From positions 5,922,389-5,986,388 of the forward strand of contig CM121343.1 of assembly GCA_051530055.1 (NCBI GenBank): a stretch of DNA of 64,000 nt, in the 5' to 3' direction. Shown here piece after piece: positions 59,301 through 64,000 of the stretch. Origin of the DNA: Neoechinorhynchus agilis. Lineage: Eukaryota; Animalia; Acanthocephala. Each line of letters opens with the position of its first letter. The stretch's first letter is position 1. Both the position numbers and the translations under genes were made by a program. The notes under the pieces were generated by a model, which was given only the letters and a program-made list of their open reading frames with translations, was not told where the DNA came from and did not search any database.

Positions 59301-62300
59301 CTCAATTCAAAATATGTTTTAAAGTGTTATTTAGAACTATTCATGCGGTAAATAAATTTTTACTAAAAAAACGTTCTGCAAACCTCGTTGTGTTCATTAT
59401 CAGTTTGTTAATTATTAAAAGACGCTTAAAATTAGATAAAAATTCTTTAAAAGAATGAAGACTTCTAAATAACTCCGTCCTCGTACAACTCAATTCAAAA
59501 TATGTTTTAAAGTGTTATTTAGAACTATTCATGCGGTAAATAATTATTTCGATTAAAAACGTTCTGCAAACCTCGTTTGTTCATTATCAGTTTGTTAATT
59601 ATTAAAAGACGCTTAAAATTAGATAAAAATTCTTTAAAAGAATGAAGACTTCTAAATAACTCCGTCCTCGTACAACTCAATTCAAAATATGTTTTAAAGT
59701 GTTATTTAGAACTATTCATGCGGTAAATAAATTTTTACTAAAAAAACGTTCTGCAAACCTCGTTGTGTTCATTATCAGTTTGTTAATTATTAAAAGACGC
59801 TTAAAATTAGATAAAAATTCTTTAAAAGAATGAAGACTTCTAAATAACTCCGTCCTCGTACAACTCAATTCAAAATATGTTTTAAAGTGTTATTTGAACT
59901 ATTCATGCGGTAAATAAATTTTTACTAAAAACGTTCTGCAAACCTCGTTGTGTTCATTATCAGTTTGTTAATTATTAAAAGACGCTTAAAATTAGATAAA
60001 AATTCTTTAAAGAATGAAGACTTCTAAATAGCTCCGTCCTCGTACAACTCAATTCAAAATATGTTTTAAAGTGTTATTTAGAACTATTCATGCGGTAAAT
60101 AATTTTTTATTAAAAACGTTCTGCAAACCTCGTTGTGTTCATTATCAGTTTGTTAATTGTTAAAAGACGCTTAAAATTAGATAAAAATTCTTTAAAAGAA
60201 TGAAGACTTCTAAATAACTCCGTCCTCGTACAACTCAATTCAAAATATGTTTTAAAGTGTTATTTAGAACTATTCATGCGGTAAATAAATTTTTACTAAA
60301 AAAACCTTCTGCAGACCTCGTTGTGCTCATTATCAGTTTGTTAATTATTAAAAGACGCTTAAAATTAGATAAAAATTCTTTAAAAGAATGAAGACTTCTA
60401 AATAACTCCGTCCTCGTATAACTCAATTCAAAATATTTTTTATCCGGGGGATTATGATAACCACATCTCAATAAGATGTTAATGCACTGGAGTTGAGACT
60501 TACAAGCATCTTATCAATATTTGTGTTCTTTGAAGAAACAGAGTCGGAGAATATTCCGCTTTCCATATCTTGAAGTCGTTCTTCGATCAGAACAAGTCTT
60601 TAAACCGAAATTTAACCGTACCATTAGGGCAAAAGCGACCTTACCTATCTCGTAAATCTGTACTTTCAGTTTGTAACCTTGCTACCCGTTCACTTTGACA
60701 TTTTCTATCTTCTGTAATATTGTAAATTTCATTATGGATATTTTCGAACTATGTCGAAACAAATATACGATTTTTCAGCCTCAATGCCACACACCCGGTC
60801 TTTTAAATGTACGACTGTACTATCTTCGCTTATTTGTTCAACGTAATTTCCTCTTACTCCGTTCATCGCCCACCTAAATGTTCAGTATATGAAATTGAAG
60901 AATCGTAATGTATAGATAGAGGGAAAGAGAGCAAATTGATACGGTTAGTTGTTAAGTTTAAAAATAATGTCATTGTTATGCAATTTTGTAAGTGGAGACC
61001 AACAATTGAACGTACAATGAGTGATCGATAAACGAAGACAAAGACGAACTTCGTCGATTAATCTTTTGAGTGTGCCTTTCGGGATTTCTCCGTTGTACAC
61101 TTTGGCTAAAAAAAAAGAAAGTTTGCAATTAAAAGCAATTTTGATAATTGGTGAGCACAAACTACTAATCGAAATTACAGAACGGTGCGTTCAGAGACAA
61201 TCACAGACACAGTAAACCTCCCGTTCGCTTACATGAATTTGTTATGTGGCATATCGACAATATGTTCATCTGAGAATGTCATAACTTTAAAAAATTGTAC
61301 AGGAATAGAAAGAAGCTGACCTTCGTCGTTTCTGGGTGATAAGTCGTACTCGTTGAAAGTTGCAGAGCTGTTGTCTCCAAGTGACTATCATAAGAGCGGT
61401 TACTAGCAATGAAATTATAATCAATTTCATTAAAAGGACCAAAAACATGAAATTCCATTTTTTTGAAATTTGCTCTATTTAATTTGTCATAATTTGCATT
61501 TTCAGCTGTATAAAGATTTTAAGAAATAGCCCTGTTTCTTGAGCGACGAATTTATGCGTGCTGGTCTAAGAACCTTTAATGCACATCCAGTTGAATGCTA
61601 TTGCCGGAGTCGAACGTAATCCCCAAACGAATCGTTATTCATGTTCGAAATTACATGTCAAATAATTAAAACGGGTTTATCTTGGAGCCCTTAAAACTTT
61701 AGTTTTATTCAGGATTACATTTGGGTTTGGTTAGAGATATTGTTGTTTAGGTCGTTTATGAACACCCGAAGGAGATCGGTTTAAAAACTAATGTACATTT
61801 GGACACTGATTGAATCAGAGTCAGTTTATCAATTCAATCTGTCACAAACACATACCGAATGATTGTTTTCGTTTTGACTCGCGGGAACCCGGGATCGTCT
61901 ACAACGATCCTGGGTTCCCGCGAGTCAAAATGAAAACAATCATTCGGTATGTGTTTGTGACAAATTTCTCTGCAATTGTTTTTAGATTCTGATTCAATCA
62001 GTATCGAAATATTCATTCGTTTTAAAGCGATCTCCTTCAGATGTTGACAAGCGACCTAAATAACAATAACTTTGCCTTCAACCGTCGATATTTTTACAGA
62101 CGAAATTGCAAAAATTAAAATGTCATTGTTGTTACCATACAAATGCCTCGATCCGTCGCTCTACATTTTCCAACTTCTCTCCATTGAGACAATTGGCGCC
62201 GCCGGACCAAGCAGAATTTTTAACTAAGGTTGGATAATGGTTTTATCAGAGAATCAGCGATTCAGAAAGGGAATGCATCCTCGAGGCAGTGGAGGGTAAA

Positions 62301-63117
62301 GATATTTCGGCGTTGTCATTAAAACGCATATTAAAGAAAAAGGTTATAAAAATATAGATAAAATCCATCGGAATGATAAAGTTAGAAGAGGTATTTGTTT
62401 GAATTAAGAAATATTTCGAAAGGAGAACTCTCGCTTCGTAAGTCATGTAATTTTTTGTTTATTTGATAGGCTTCTTCTTTCGAAATATTTCTTAATTCAA
62501 ACAAATACCTCTAAACGGGTTGAAGGGAGAGTATTTTCATCCCAATTCTAATTAAATATTATAGTTTTCGAATAGATTTTCCAGTTAGAAGGCCAATGTG
62601 CCAAGAATGGGTTTCTGAATTGTGAAGCACATGATGGTTGTAATTGTTAGTAGCGACTTCACAAAAGTGACGAACCCATAAAAGAAGGCACCACGTACAA
62701 TTTTGCATTGCTCGTCATCCGTAATGGTGGAACTTCTTCGAGAAAAACTCATATCTCCAACGACGTTTGACATAGAGACTCCTATTTAATGCAAAAAATT
62801 AAAAGACTAGAAATATGTCGATTACAAACCGTGTTGTTGAACGAGTTGGCTGATTCCCATAGAAAACGCTTCAAGGTTGATGTTTCCAACGTCATCTGGG
62901 TCAAGGGTGTTGACTATTCGTTCGATCTCCTAGGAAGGTTGGTCTAAATCAATTTCTTCGAACAACTAACCTCTTCGTTGTTTATATAGCTTTTGGCAAC
63001 CTCAATGAATCTAGCGATTCGTATGTGGCCGGTGTGTTCAACGTCACAAAAGTCGAAGATTTCTTTTATCTGACTCTGGAACACATCGCTCATTTGAGGA
63101 GCACCTTCATGTGGCAT
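56314..63117 (-). CDS. Rab11 family-interacting protein, class II (FIP3/FIP4/nuf-like), multi-exon
   Basis: N-terminal EF hands (IKEIFDFCDVEHTGHI; LDPDDVGNINLEAFSMGI), coiled-coil exons, and a C-terminal Rab11-binding domain SWASELDMMSKED...LQASNSRYTSYIERMLVMIMKRDPNLLE. Not all internal exons were resolved. Confidence 0.85.
58175..60435. repeat. Intronic tandem satellite, 188 bp unit, about 12 highly homogeneous copies
   Basis: CAACTCAATTCAAAATATG recurs at 58362, 58550, 58738 and onward. Confidence 0.97.
61738..62068. mobile_element. Fold-back element, about 330 bp, with a near-perfect 59-bp-arm central hairpin (61840-61962)
   Basis: Termini TATTGTTGTTTAGGTCG / CGACCTAAATAACAATA; core TGTCACAAACAC...GGGATCGT CTACA ACGATCC...GTGTTTGTGACA. 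Confidence 0.85.
62387..62512. mobile_element. Fold-back element, arms about 36 bp
   Basis: AGAGGTATTTGTTTGAATTAAGAAATATTTCGAAAG is mirrored exactly by CTTTCGAAATATTTCTTAATTCAAACAAATACCTCT. Confidence 0.8.
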
Positions 63118-64000
63118 GGAAGCAACTCTGAAATGAGAATTGTTCTGCACGAAAGTATTGTTAAGCTTTTGGACGGTTTTCAGTTAGCCAAAATATACCG
63201 GGAGGGTTGCGTGCTAATATTCTCAACAATAACCGTTATCAACGAAGCAAAAACATTTCCAATGAATATTTTCATGCACAATGCGGTTAGAGGCGATAAG
63301 AGTGACCTCGGTTCCCTTATGTGGGAAGATAATTCCTGTCAGATAATGTTTTCGGAGATATAAATCCATATTTCGTCCTTTTATTGGGGAAAAAAGGTAA
63401 TAACTATCAATGCCGATCTTTAAATTAATTCTTATTATGAAAAAAGCAGAAATTTCAAGTCCAATCATTCCTGCAAATATATAATCATGTATTTTTGGGA
63501 AATAAAAATAGAGATTGATTTCGTTAGACTTCTTCAGGTTGTAAATTAAGAGGAAGTCCGATGAAATATTCAGATGAATAACCTTTTTATTTGAGGTGAT
63601 TTATGAGGACGTCAACTTTGTGAACGCAAACATATAAACGATTTCTAAAAAAATGTAGAATAAATTCGGGATTATTATAAGACCTCGTAAAGCCGAAAAG
63701 TGTCTAGGGAATATTTAAGGAGATTCGGTATCCGCAGATGAAACGTTAAAATGTCGAAAATTCCCATTTCCGTCTATTTACGCCAGCTCATTAGCGAATG
63801 AGACAATGAATCTTCTAGATGTTCACAGTTGCTTTACAATGAATGTTTATTCTCTTACACCAACAAGTGCCGCCGAAAATAGCATTCATATAGGCTGAGT
63901 GGTTGACGGAATTCTGCTTACAAACAAAAAGGCGTTTTGCTTACACTACGGAAACAAGTAGATTATTTAATTCAGAGCCCGTTATGTATTGGGCCCTAAA

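Noticed and set aside
58175-60435. CRISPR-like interpretation of the tandem arrays
   Set aside because: Units are wholly repeated without unique spacers, the context is a eukaryotic intron and there are no cas genes.

Overview
Eukaryotic (animal) genomic DNA, AT-rich and compact, with mostly short (about 40-100 nt) GT-AG introns. The phosphoglycerate mutase carries the NERMYG variant that I associate with flatworm-type enzymes, but the taxon cannot be fixed from the sequence alone. Genes in order: LDLa-domain membrane protein (-), PGAM (+), TIF1/bonus-type TRIM (-), a dystrophin that appears to stop about halfway, without WW/EF/ZZ domains (-), a small unknown gene with an inverted duplicate (-), CNBP (-), a vigilin-like multi-KH protein (+), a GATAD2/p66-like protein (-), an ENPP4/5-like enzyme (+), TBCC (-), HRD1/synoviolin (-) and Rab11-FIP3/4/nuf (-). 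Accessory DNA includes five tandem arrays, several fold-back elements and fragments of CRE-clade non-LTR retrotransposons. The most striking item is a tRNA-headed SINE-like element (two tandem copies at 37.3-38.1 kb, pieces at 1-110). It appears to contain all three strands of a hammerhead ribozyme in a non-circularly permuted order. Exon boundaries and RNA structures were worked out by eye; no alignment, folding or database search was run.
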